From contig JAVYWZ010000001.1 in NCBI GenBank assembly GCA_038877255.1, positions 7,661 through 71,660 of the forward strand: DNA of 64,000 bases. The letters are read 5' to 3'. Within the stretch, counting starts at the first letter, position 1. Every line of letters begins with the position of its first letter. The DNA is from Candidatus Micrarchaeaceae archaeon (GTDB taxonomy: Archaea > Micrarchaeota > Micrarchaeia > Micrarchaeales > CABMGC01). Both the position numbers and the translations under genes were made by a program. Shown piece after piece: positions 1-8,845 of this stretch. Below the pieces are notes generated by a model. That model worked only from the letters and a program-made list of their open reading frames with translations. It had not been told where the DNA came from and did not search any database.

Positions 1-2
1 CC

Positions 3-731
3 GCATTAGTAATATTGCAAACGCTAAAGGAGAAGATGCGCATGGAAGGCTGGTCAGCAACCAAAGGCCTCAAGGCGCTTGTTGTTCTTGACGAAGCATG
101 GAAAATAGCGAGCGACGAGCGCAGTGACGCGGTAACTATAATAAGGGAAGGCAGGAAATACCAGTTCGGCTTAATCGTAGCGTCACAAAATCCTACTGAT
201 ATTAACGAGGCAATATTTTCAAATGTTGGAACAAATATCTTGTTAAGAATAAGATTCGAGCGCTTCCTAGACTATGTGCAGGGCTCGCTCAATTTCTCTG
301 AGTTTATGAGGCGCGAAATTAGCAAGTTTGGCGTAGGCCAGGCAGCAGTAGATATGTCTTTCCAGACTAATGTAGAATTTCCAGAGATATTCCTAATAGA
401 CAGGATAATAGGTGAGGTGCCGCTTGACGTATATACCATAAATGTTGCTGATATATTGAGCCAGAGCGAACTCAATGATGAAAGCGTGCAAAAAGAGTAT
501 TTTCTTGAAAAAGCAGACATAAACGCAAAACTAATAGAGAACAACATAGGGTCTGATGTCATAAATGAGGTTTTCAAGCAGCTTGATGCAAAAGGCAGGC
601 TTGTAGACATACGCAGCATAGTGCAAATGCTTCTTGGCTTGCAGGCAAGCAAGGAAGCAGTAGTGGGCTTTCTGCGCGCAGTGGGCATGCCCGATTCAGT
701 TATAACCCGCGCGTTTGTATATGTTACATAG
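3..731 (+). CDS. HerA/VirB4 (FtsK-HerA superfamily) P-loop ATPase, C-terminal part; 5' end outside window
   Basis: Frame is open from nt 3 with no start in the window. Walker-B-like 'LVVLDEAW' is followed by 'REGRKYQFGLIVASQNP', a pattern I know from HerA/VirB4/TraC-type ATPases. Ends in a ~110-aa helical tail. Confidence 0.7.
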   Translation, partial: ALVILQTLKEKMRMEGWSATKGLKALVVLDEAWKIASDERSDAVTIIREGRKYQFGLIVASQNPTDINEAIFSNVGTNILLRIRFERFLDYVQGSLNFSEFMRREISKFGVGQAAVDMSFQTNVEFPEIFLIDRIIGEVPLDVYTINVADILSQSELNDESVQKEYFLEKADINAKLIENNIGSDVINEVFKQLDAKGRLVDIRSIVQMLLGLQASKEAVVGFLRAVGMPDSVITRAFVYVT

Positions 732-739
732 GCAATTTG

Positions 740-1039
740 ATGGGCGCTACCTTCACCATATCAAGGCAAAAGTTGCAGCGCATGCTAACGATAATTGGTG
801 TAAGCGAAAAAACAATACAGGAGCTGCTTGCAGAGCTTAACAAGCAGCATAGGCACGTAAACGCAGTTTCTTTTGCGGGTATGCTCGAAAAATCGGGGCT
901 AAAAGCTGAGCAGGTAGTAAATGTGCTTAGAAGGATAGGCATAGACGATGTTACAATAACCAATGTGCTCAATATGCTTGACGAGGAAAAGATAAAAAAA
1001 GAGTATGGCAGGCTTGTTTACCTCGAACTGGGACCATAA
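740..1039 (+). CDS. hypothetical helical protein (99 aa)
   Basis: ATG at 740 (TTG at 737), 8 nt after the ATPase stop. 'VVNVLRRIGIDDVTITNVL' echoes the ATPase tail 'VVGFLRAVGMPDSVITRAF'. No family recognised. Confidence 0.5.
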   Translation: MGATFTISRQKLQRMLTIIGVSEKTIQELLAELNKQHRHVNAVSFAGMLEKSGLKAEQVVNVLRRIGIDDVTITNVLNMLDEEKIKKEYGRLVYLELGP

Positions 1040-1389
1040 TGCAAAAAAGCGTTTGTATAATTTGCGGCAAAGAGAAACCAGGGCTAGAAGTGCAAAACGA
1101 TTTTATAATAAGCAGCATAAGGTGGTTCAAGAAAAACATAACGAAGAATGAACAGAACAACAAACTAGTAGTGTGCAAAGAATGCTACACTGAATATTCA
1201 AGCGCGCGAAAAAGATACGAGGGAAGAATGAAGCTTTACTTAGCGCTTGGAATAATCTTCGCACTTTTTGCAATAATAGTATCCTCAGACAAACTTTACG
1301 CGCTGGGCATAGGCGTTCTAGTAGTGGCACTGCTTTACTTATTCTCATTGCTAAGCTACACGCCAAAGCTCAAAATTTTGAACAGATAA
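1039..1389 (+). CDS. zinc-ribbon-like membrane protein (116 aa)
   Basis: Start overlaps the previous stop (TAATG at 1037-1041). N-terminal CIICG...CKEC cysteine pairs. C-terminal hydrophobic hairpin with two predicted TM helices. Confidence 0.55.
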   Translation: MQKSVCIICGKEKPGLEVQNDFIISSIRWFKKNITKNEQNNKLVVCKECYTEYSSARKRYEGRMKLYLALGIIFALFAIIVSSDKLYALGIGVLVVALLYLFSLLSYTPKLKILNR

Positions 1390-1521
1390 CTGCTAAGCGC
1401 ATTATGTAAGTGCCAATAGCATATGCACGTTTGCGAAAAGGTTTATAAGTGCATAAGCCCTTAATCTCATTAATTGGCAAAGTGCGGAACTTTGTTTATA
1501 TGTTATTGAGGTGGCTTAGAA

Positions 1522-2244
1522 GTGGTTGAAGAAGAACAGGAACCCAAGGTTTATGAAATAGAATTCCCTGGCACAGTTTCTAGCAGTATAGATTCAATAA
1601 GGACAAAGCTTTCACAGGTGCCTTTTTACGCGATAAACCAGAATGCTGATGAGCTGGATGTAGTGCATGTAGAGAGCAGGAACATAAGGAAAGAGCCCTT
1701 TCTCTTCTACGCAGTGAAAATAAAGAAAGACAGCCTGGTGCTTACCTATTCGATAGTGCCGAATACAAGCGAAACGCTTAGACGCGCAACTGTAATAAAG
1801 AACCTTACGGGCATGCTTGCAATTATCGCTGATGATTTCAAAATAGACGAGAATAAATTCTTTCAGTATATTGATTCCTCAATTGCGGAGCTGCTTGGAG
1901 GCCTTAACGAAAGCTACAGCTCGCTTTTCAACAAATATGATGCGCTACTTAGCGAGTACGCTGAACTGAGGAAGCTCGCAAGCGAACTTACGGTTTCAAA
2001 TCACAATCTTACAGTGCAGGCCGCTCAACTCAGTGAAGAAAATAAAACGCTGCAAGCGCAGCTAAACGCCCTGCAAACCTATTCTGATGAAGCCATTATG
2101 GCGATGGTCCAGGACTGGCTCGAAGTACATGACAGCACAATAGACATAGGCGAGTTTTCGAAAACATACAAAATACCAGAGCCCCGCATAGAGCAGATAC
2201 TCGACAAGATGGTAAGCCTTGGGTATCTGGAATTGAAAGGGTAA
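1522..2244 (+). CDS. hypothetical coiled-coil protein with winged-helix-like C-terminus (240 aa)
   Basis: GTG start preceded by 'gaggtg' and a TATA-like 'tttatatg' (~1494). Heptad-rich segment 'LLSEYAELRKLASEL...LSEENKTLQAQLNALQ'. C-terminus 'IPEPRIEQILDKMVSLGYLELKG'. Confidence 0.55.
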   Translation: MVEEEQEPKVYEIEFPGTVSSSIDSIRTKLSQVPFYAINQNADELDVVHVESRNIRKEPFLFYAVKIKKDSLVLTYSIVPNTSETLRRATVIKNLTGMLAIIADDFKIDENKFFQYIDSSIAELLGGLNESYSSLFNKYDALLSEYAELRKLASELTVSNHNLTVQAAQLSEENKTLQAQLNALQTYSDEAIMAMVQDWLEVHDSTIDIGEFSKTYKIPEPRIEQILDKMVSLGYLELKG

Positions 2245-2253
2245 GGCGAGACT

Positions 2254-2409
2254 ATGATTTACACGGTTAGGATAAACAAAAAATATAACTATATAAAAGT
2301 TTACAAAATATTAAAACGAATAGGCGGCAATGAGAATAAACTTTCAAAAGCGCTTGCAAACTGGATAGATAAGCTTGCAAGCAAGAAAGAGCAAACTGGT
2401 AGTTTGTAG
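2254..2409 (+). CDS. possible small basic protein (51 aa)
   Basis: ORF below the track cutoff, translated by hand as MIYTVRINKKYNYIKVYKILKRIGGNENKLSKALANWIDKLASKKEQTGSL. It fills the gap exactly and stops 1 nt before the next ATG. Confidence 0.3.
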   Translation: MIYTVRINKKYNYIKVYKILKRIGGNENKLSKALANWIDKLASKKEQTGSL

Positions 2410-2410
2410 T

Positions 2411-4741
2411 ATGCGCGGAAAGAAATTCATAATAACAGGAATAGCACTTGTCGCATTTTTTCTAGTTCTTATTTTCGCAATAATTAGCGTTGCTAGGACA
2501 GCAATAAGAAGCATTTCAGTTTCACCGGCTCAGCCTGGCGCGCTGCATGCAACCGCAAGCGTTGTTTCCTCATCTTTTTTCGATTACAACAACAGCGCGC
2601 AGATTGCGGAATACGCGCTGATAGATTATTCGTTGCATAATGCAAGCAAGGCGAACGCATCTATAAGCGTGTATACACAGAATCCCATCAGGCGCGTCTA
2701 TCTGGTAAATACAAGCCAGTACTCGATAGATTCTTTTAATGAACAGGCACTTTACGAAAATTTGACGAACACACTGAACAGGTTTGGCTTGCTTATTAAT
2801 CAATCAAGCTTCGCATATGTGCCCATGCAGGACCTTCAGCAAATAAGCAACTCCATAATAATAATACAGTCGGGGCTCATGCCGCTGCCACTGCTTGAAA
2901 ACTATTCGATAAGCATTTTCAGAATGCTTGATAAAGGCAATACATTAATTTACATAGGCCGCAATTTCAGCAATGAAATAGACAGCTCAGGCATAATCTT
3001 CGTTACGCCTTCGAACGTCACCTCAAAGCTTGCTTCATATGGCATAAGCACTGTGCCCGCAGTTGTAAATGCGAGCGTGAAATCTACATTTGGATTCAGC
3101 AAACCTACATTCTATTTCAGCAATGGCAACAGGCAAGGAAACGTTGCATATGTTGGCGTTCACAATGGAACAATAATAGCGTTCTCAAATTATCCTACCG
3201 CTTCTTGGCGCAATGCCAGCGCCCTTGCAGAAAGCATAGCATCCAGCATAGGCTCTGATTTCTGGATAAATAGAGTGGCATATGGCATGTTTAATATAAG
3301 CACGGCAAATGCATCAGGTGAGCTAGGCCTGTTTACCAAGCAGCAAAGCATAGCAATGCCCAACAACACTGCTGCTTTTGCTGAACTCAACGACACCTAT
3401 TCGCTTGTGAGGCTTACGGCAAGTAATGCGACAGGCTTTTTATCAGTAACAGCGCCATTCGTAACTAGGTACTCGCTTTCCGGAACGTTGAGCATGCCTA
3501 GCGTTGTCAGCGATACGCAAAACATATCAATAGGAATAAACACCACTAGCTCAAGCCAATCTCAGTTTCACATAGATGTTTTAAGCAGCAATATGAGCTA
3601 TGTCACTTCCATAGGCATACTTCATTCATTTGTAGGACCTGTGCAGATAGTACTGACACAAAGCTTTTCGATTCCTTCTGGCACTTACATAGCGCTGCTA
3701 AGAAACCAAATGAATAAGAATTACACAGCCGCAATTTTCTCAGTAGCAAACCTGAGCGTAACACCTATTTCGCTGAATTTTAAGAATGGCACTTTTTCTT
3801 TCAGCGTTTACAGCGGTACATTTCCGGTAAATTCAAAGGCACAGATAAGCTTTGACAATACATACAAGGAGATAGTGCCTGTAAGCGGAGGCGTGCTTGA
3901 ATACAACTTGCCAAAGGGTACAATAATAAGCTATGGCACGCAGACGTTTGATATACTGATATTTGGGCAGAGGCTAAACTACACCGCGACTTACGCTAAG
4001 GAGATACTGCACATACCCACATTTTACATAGAAATAGGAGTAGTACTGCTTGCTATACTGTTGCTCAACATTGTACTCAAGCCGCCAAACCGGGATGAGT
4101 ATTACATAGACGTGCCTACATTCATACCCGAAAAACAAGAAGTGATGAAAATAAAGCAGGCAGATTTGTTGAGCGTCTTCGAAAAAGTAAATTATTACTA
4201 CCACTGGTCGTTCATGCCGCTTACCATAGACGAATTCAAGAATGGCATTTCTAGTTATATACGCTACAACAACATGCCTGTTTCGGTAACTACGCAGAAT
4301 GCGCAACTTCTTATAGATTTGCTGACAAAATCAGGAAGCGTCGTTGAGAAATCTGGGTACTATGCGCTCTCCTCTTGGCTTTCAATATCGAAGCACGATA
4401 TGGAATATCTTGTCACGTTCAGGGCGTTAAGAGATTACTGCGTAGAGCATGCAATACTTTTCACAGAGCTAAATGCTGATCCAAATGCAGACATGCTAAT
4501 AACAAAGAAGGGCAGGCAGGCCAAGGTCATGATATACTCTAGCGAAGGCGGGATACGAAAGTTTGAGATCGACAAAAATGACAGCATTTTTATAGCGTTC
4601 GTAAGTAGCGAGGCAAAGGCAGAGTTCAAAAACAGGCTTTATGATTCATTTACCAAAACTGCAGAGGTACTTAAAATAGCAATTCAATACGGGCACGTAA
4701 AGCTCGTAAGCATAGACGATCTGAGCGGGCTCATGCCGTGA
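2411..4741 (+). CDS. large bitopic membrane protein with sequon-rich ectodomain and ~220-aa cytoplasmic domain (776 aa)
   Basis: ATG at 2411 (the track ORF starts at an upstream TTG, 2375). N-terminal TM 'FIITGIALVAFFLVLIFAIISV'. Ectodomain of ~500 aa carries about 24 N-x-S/T sequons by my count. Second TM 'IEIGVVLLAILLLNIVL', then a soluble C-terminal domain. No family recognised. Confidence 0.65.
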   Translation: MRGKKFIITGIALVAFFLVLIFAIISVARTAIRSISVSPAQPGALHATASVVSSSFFDYNNSAQIAEYALIDYSLHNASKANASISVYTQNPIRRVYLVNTSQYSIDSFNEQALYENLTNTLNRFGLLINQSSFAYVPMQDLQQISNSIIIIQSGLMPLPLLENYSISIFRMLDKGNTLIYIGRNFSNEIDSSGIIFVTPSNVTSKLASYGISTVPAVVNASVKSTFGFSKPTFYFSNGNRQGNVAYVGVHNGTIIAFSNYPTASWRNASALAESIASSIGSDFWINRVAYGMFNISTANASGELGLFTKQQSIAMPNNTAAFAELNDTYSLVRLTASNATGFLSVTAPFVTRYSLSGTLSMPSVVSDTQNISIGINTTSSSQSQFHIDVLSSNMSYVTSIGILHSFVGPVQIVLTQSFSIPSGTYIALLRNQMNKNYTAAIFSVANLSVTPISLNFKNGTFSFSVYSGTFPVNSKAQISFDNTYKEIVPVSGGVLEYNLPKGTIISYGTQTFDILIFGQRLNYTATYAKEILHIPTFYIEIGVVLLAILLLNIVLKPPNRDEYYIDVPTFIPEKQEVMKIKQADLLSVFEKVNYYYHWSFMPLTIDEFKNGISSYIRYNNMPVSVTTQNAQLLIDLLTKSGSVVEKSGYYALSSWLSISKHDMEYLVTFRALRDYCVEHAILFTELNADPNADMLITKKGRQAKVMIYSSEGGIRKFEIDKNDSIFIAFVSSEAKAEFKNRLYDSFTKTAEVLKIAIQYGHVKLVSIDDLSGLMP

Positions 4742-4764
4742 CTTTGTAGCGCAAAACTAGCGCA

Positions 4765-5268
4765 TTACCACGGCACTTTTTTTATTTTAAGTCTGTATGC
4801 TGCCTTATTTGTCATTATGTGGAGAAGACCTGTTAGCGCAATAAGGAACAAAATGCCTATGACATCAGGCAGATGCCTCGCAGGAAAGGCAAACGCTAGC
4901 GCGAAAACAAAGAATAAATATTGATCTAGAATCGGCATGCTTGCGCCTTCCGCAATACCCGTTTGCCTCTTCGCAAAGCTACCCAATAAATCGCCTGCGT
5001 GTGCGCCAAGCGTAAGCAATACTCCAGTCAAAAGCAGGTATGGCAGAAAAAGTGATTCTAAGAACGCTATGAAAAATCCGCTTAGGAGACCAGCTACAAG
5101 TCCTCGCACAGTTTTATGATCGCCGAAGATGCGCTTGCCAAAAATTTTCCTTTTGAAATCTAATGGCATGCCGCCTCCAAACAAGACCGGTGCGCCATTG
5201 GCAACGTATGCTGGCAGAATAAACAATATAGGATATGCAATATAAGAATAAAGCGCATTATAAAGCAT
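4765..5268 (-). CDS. carS: CDP-archaeol synthase (CarS, DUF46 family)
   Basis: ~167-aa polytopic protein. 'ANGAPVLFGGGMPLDFKRKIFGKRIFGDHKTVRGLVAGLLSG' matches the CarS signature I know (ANGAP...G..K..RG). ATG at 5268. Confidence 0.8.
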   Translation of the reverse strand: MLYNALYSYIAYPILFILPAYVANGAPVLFGGGMPLDFKRKIFGKRIFGDHKTVRGLVAGLLSGFFIAFLESLFLPYLLLTGVLLTLGAHAGDLLGSFAKRQTGIAEGASMPILDQYLFFVFALAFAFPARHLPDVIGILFLIALTGLLHIMTNKAAYRLKIKKVPW

Positions 5269-5287
5269 ACATCGCACCAAAACAAAA

Positions 5288-7951
5288 CTAGCTTATCTTT
5301 CCTTCGGCAAACTTTTCGTTGCCGCCCCCTTTGAAATTTGCGAATTTACTCTTGACGAATTCAAGCGCACTCTTGTTTGAACCGCTGCCTGCTATGCATA
5401 CTACATTGCCATCATTATTTTTAAGCAGCACGATAGCGTTGTCTCTGCGCGACATCTCGTCTGCAATTTTTACAAGAAGCTTTGCCGGCAAATCAAGCTC
5501 CAGCATTATTTCTTTCTTTCCGGCGTATGCCTCTGCAATAGCCTTGGCAAGTACTGAGCTGCTGGCCTCTTGCTGCTTCAGCACCCGTGAATTGGCCAAA
5601 AGAAGCTCGTTAAGCTTCTTCTCTGCATTTTCCACATCAGCATTCAAAGTGCCTGCAATATGCGATAATACAGAATGCTCCTTTTGAAAATACTCAACGG
5701 CAGATTTGCCTGCAACAAATTCTATCCTATCAACACCGTCATGTATTCGGTAGCTATTTATTATTTTTATCGAACCGATCAAGAACTCCCTATTTACGGC
5801 GTGAAGCCCGCCACACGCCTCTGCATCGATAAGCTCGCCGCTGAGCGACCGTATCGTTATTATGCGCATCTCTTTTGCCGGCACGCCATGCCCTTGGTAT
5901 ATGGAAAAGCCGTACTTGCTTTCGGCATCGCCCCTGCTCATCACATTCGCCTCTACCTTTATTCCTGAAAGCAGCCAGGCATTTGCTTGCTGTTCTATCT
6001 TCTTAAGCTCATCTTCGCTGAGCCTTTCGTAGTGCGCTATATCTATATGCGCCTTTTCAGGCTCTTTTTTGGCTCCTTCCTGCCAAGCGTGATTACCAAG
6101 AATTTTCCTTGCTGCTGCGCTTATCAAGTGCGTTGCGGTATGATGCGCTATGAGCCTGTTGCGCCTATCCGCATCAACAACAGCATTTACAGAAGCGCCG
6201 ATTTCAAAGCGCTTTTCAGCTCCAAGTACATGAACTATCACGTCGCCTATTTTCTGCACATCTACTACTTTTGCACCATCTATTGTGCCTGTATCAGCAA
6301 CCTGACCGCCTCCTTCGGGATAGAATGGAGTCTGGTCCAACACTACAAACCTGCCTTTTGAATAAAGCACTTTTGCTTTTGATGAAATGGCAAACTCGTA
6401 ATAAAGCTGCTTAGTGGCATGCAGTTTTGAAATATCGTTGATTATAGAATCTAACGCAGCCTTTGAAGCCTTTTCTTTCTTGACTATGTCTCCAATAAGT
6501 ATATCGGCATATGCGCTTTCAGGGATTTTTATGTTAACCTTTTTCTCTGCAGCAACCTGCTCAAGCAACTCCGGGGTTACGCCATTGCTTTCATAAAGTC
6601 GTTTTATCTCTTTCTTACCAATCTCTTGCTCTTTGGCAAGCGTGGCTTCTGCAATCTTGCGCGCCTCGGCAATGGTCTTTTCGTAGCGTTTGCTTTCAAC
6701 CTCTATTACTTTCCTGAAAGTGTCGATACTTTCATTAAGCTCCGGGTATATACCATTAAGCTCTTTTGCAAGCAATTCTGCAATTTCATCTAGCTCCATC
6801 TTTATTCCATACGCTTTCTTGAAATCTAATGCCCTTCGCAATATTACGCGAAGATTGTAGCCGCCGCCAATATTAGAGGGCAACGCGCCGTCTGTTATCG
6901 CAAATAGCAGCGTTTTGACATGATCTATTATTGCGTATACGCCCTGGGCAGGCTTTATCTCGCGTTCGTACTGCTCTTTTGTTACGCCAGCATTATTGAG
7001 CATGCTGCTTATTTTATCTTTTATGTCCTGCGTCTCGGTAAAGTCTATGGATCCGAAAAGCCCAGCAACCCTCTTGTAAAGCTTTGTATTTATTTCTATA
7101 TTGCTCGCACTTGCAACACGCGCTACTGTGTTGTGAAATGCTGCTTCGTAAGCGGTATCATAACCTGTGTAGAACCATAAAGCCCTTTCAAAGCCCCACC
7201 CAACATCTATTGCCTTGCTCTTCAACTCCCTTGTTTGATTATCAACATACTCAAATTCTGTAAATACACTATTTACTATTTCAAGCCCCTTTGCAAACGT
7301 TTCAAGACTAGGCCCAAACTCTGAAAAGTCAGGCATCGCCCACACGTCCTCATTATAAATTATGTCTTCTTTTTTCACACCAAGAACATTTGTCATAAGC
7401 CCGAAGTTTAGCTCAATCGTTCTGTCTTTCCAATAGCCTTCCTTGGGCCAGTTGAACGCGGTCTGGTTGGCCATCATAAACGAGGTGAAATGCCTGCCTG
7501 TAACGCCCACGTTCTCTATATCATTGAAGCGAAGGCACATCTGAGGAACAAGTAAAGGATTTGCAGGGTATTCAAAGCCCATGACGCCATTTTCTATGCG
7601 CTGGAAATCTTGTATGCCTGCTATAGTAAAGTAAAGGTCCTGACGCCAGCGGCTTACCACAGGATACCTGTTTATTATAGCATGGCCGTTAGATTCAAAG
7701 AATCTGCTAAATTTTTTCCAAAAATCAACATAAGAGATTGCTTCAGGCTTTTCCTTGAAGAAACCATACGGCGTGTGCGAAGAATCGCTGCATGTTTCTC
7801 TGTTCGGGTCTGCAGTCCAGAAATATCTGCCACAGAGTTTGCATCTTTTTCTTTCGAAGCCTTGCTCATCAAACAATTTTACTTTATAATATTTTTCATA
7901 ATTCTTGCTAAAGTCGTCCTTGAGCAGATTCTTACTCATTTCAACCGGCAT
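5288..7951 (-). CDS. alaS: alanyl-tRNA synthetase
   Basis: 887 aa. Archaeal-type N-terminal zinc motif 'CKLCGRYFW'. Editing-domain 'HHTATHL' and 'CGGLH' motifs. Confidence 0.95.
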   Translation of the reverse strand: MPVEMSKNLLKDDFSKNYEKYYKVKLFDEQGFERKRCKLCGRYFWTADPNRETCSDSSHTPYGFFKEKPEAISYVDFWKKFSRFFESNGHAIINRYPVVSRWRQDLYFTIAGIQDFQRIENGVMGFEYPANPLLVPQMCLRFNDIENVGVTGRHFTSFMMANQTAFNWPKEGYWKDRTIELNFGLMTNVLGVKKEDIIYNEDVWAMPDFSEFGPSLETFAKGLEIVNSVFTEFEYVDNQTRELKSKAIDVGWGFERALWFYTGYDTAYEAAFHNTVARVASASNIEINTKLYKRVAGLFGSIDFTETQDIKDKISSMLNNAGVTKEQYEREIKPAQGVYAIIDHVKTLLFAITDGALPSNIGGGYNLRVILRRALDFKKAYGIKMELDEIAELLAKELNGIYPELNESIDTFRKVIEVESKRYEKTIAEARKIAEATLAKEQEIGKKEIKRLYESNGVTPELLEQVAAEKKVNIKIPESAYADILIGDIVKKEKASKAALDSIINDISKLHATKQLYYEFAISSKAKVLYSKGRFVVLDQTPFYPEGGGQVADTGTIDGAKVVDVQKIGDVIVHVLGAEKRFEIGASVNAVVDADRRNRLIAHHTATHLISAAARKILGNHAWQEGAKKEPEKAHIDIAHYERLSEDELKKIEQQANAWLLSGIKVEANVMSRGDAESKYGFSIYQGHGVPAKEMRIITIRSLSGELIDAEACGGLHAVNREFLIGSIKIINSYRIHDGVDRIEFVAGKSAVEYFQKEHSVLSHIAGTLNADVENAEKKLNELLLANSRVLKQQEASSSVLAKAIAEAYAGKKEIMLELDLPAKLLVKIADEMSRRDNAIVLLKNNDGNVVCIAGSGSNKSALEFVKSKFANFKGGGNEKFAEGKIS

Positions 7952-7965
7952 TCAAACACCAAATA

Positions 7966-8844
7966 TTATTTATTTTTCCACCACACTGTGCATTCCTTGC
8001 CAAAAAACTTGCAAAGATTGCATTTCCAAGCTTCGTCCTTGTTTACTGGCAGAGCAGGGCGAGCCCCATTCCAGTACTGCAAGGCAAAAGCTATGTCATT
8101 GTTTATTTTTTTCTCATCGTAATTTATTATTATGCTACCTGCCTTGTTGCCTGTGAACCTGTCCAAATATACGATTTCGAGCACTCTGCTTATCTCTGGC
8201 AGCGAATGCAATTCATAGAAAAGCAGCTCGTAGATTTTTCCTATGTCAGCAAACTCCTCTTTGACGCCAATTGCGTGCAAACCCCTCAAAAAAGCATTAG
8301 AGAGATGCATTGTGTTTGCTTTATACGCATATGTGAAATTATAAAGAGTGTAGATTCCTTTCCTCAAATCATCAAGCAGCCTCTTATATAGCATTATTTG
8401 CACAATATGCGGTCTAGCAGAAACAGAATCAATTTTTAGTGCAATGCCATTCTGCTGAACAGTTTTAAGCTCTATTATGCGAACTTCGCCTTTTTCAATC
8501 TTTAGCTCGTCTATCTGCCCTGCGATCTTGTAGCCATTAAGCGAGCCGTAGATGTGCAGTTCTCTGCAAACGCCTTTCTGCTTAAGCGTTTTAAGCGCCA
8601 TGTAATTCTCATAGCCAGTCTTGTAGATAAAGTCAGCATATGTAACTGGCTCTACATTAAGAGGCACAAAAACTTCTGCCTGAAGGTCTGCATGCAGCTG
8701 CTTGCCCCTGCGCATTGCCTCGGTGTATTTTTTACCGAACAGGTAATTAAGCTCCATTTGTTTTTCACACCAAAACTGGCTCGCTATATCTGTTACTGAA
8801 ATGCTTGATTTGCCTAGCCTTTTCAGCGCACTTTTTTCTTCCAT
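7966..8844 (-). CDS. PD-(D/E)xK nuclease of the Cas4/Exo5 type with Fe-S cysteines
   Basis: 'SVTDIASQFWCEKQ' (Cys26) plus C-terminal 'CNLCKFFGKEC' (Cys275/278/285). Catalytic-like 'GQIDELK...IIELKT' and 'QIMLYKRLL'. Start lies 1 nt after the stop of the upstream membrane gene. Confidence 0.7.
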   Translation of the reverse strand: MEEKSALKRLGKSSISVTDIASQFWCEKQMELNYLFGKKYTEAMRRGKQLHADLQAEVFVPLNVEPVTYADFIYKTGYENYMALKTLKQKGVCRELHIYGSLNGYKIAGQIDELKIEKGEVRIIELKTVQQNGIALKIDSVSARPHIVQIMLYKRLLDDLRKGIYTLYNFTYAYKANTMHLSNAFLRGLHAIGVKEEFADIGKIYELLFYELHSLPEISRVLEIVYLDRFTGNKAGSIIINYDEKKINNDIAFALQYWNGARPALPVNKDEAWKCNLCKFFGKECTVWWKNK

Positions 8845-8845
8845 A

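Noticed and set aside
7966-8844. Cas4-like nuclease as evidence of a CRISPR-Cas locus
   Set aside because: No CRISPR repeats and no other cas genes occur anywhere in the 64 kb. Stand-alone Cas4/Exo5-family nucleases are common.
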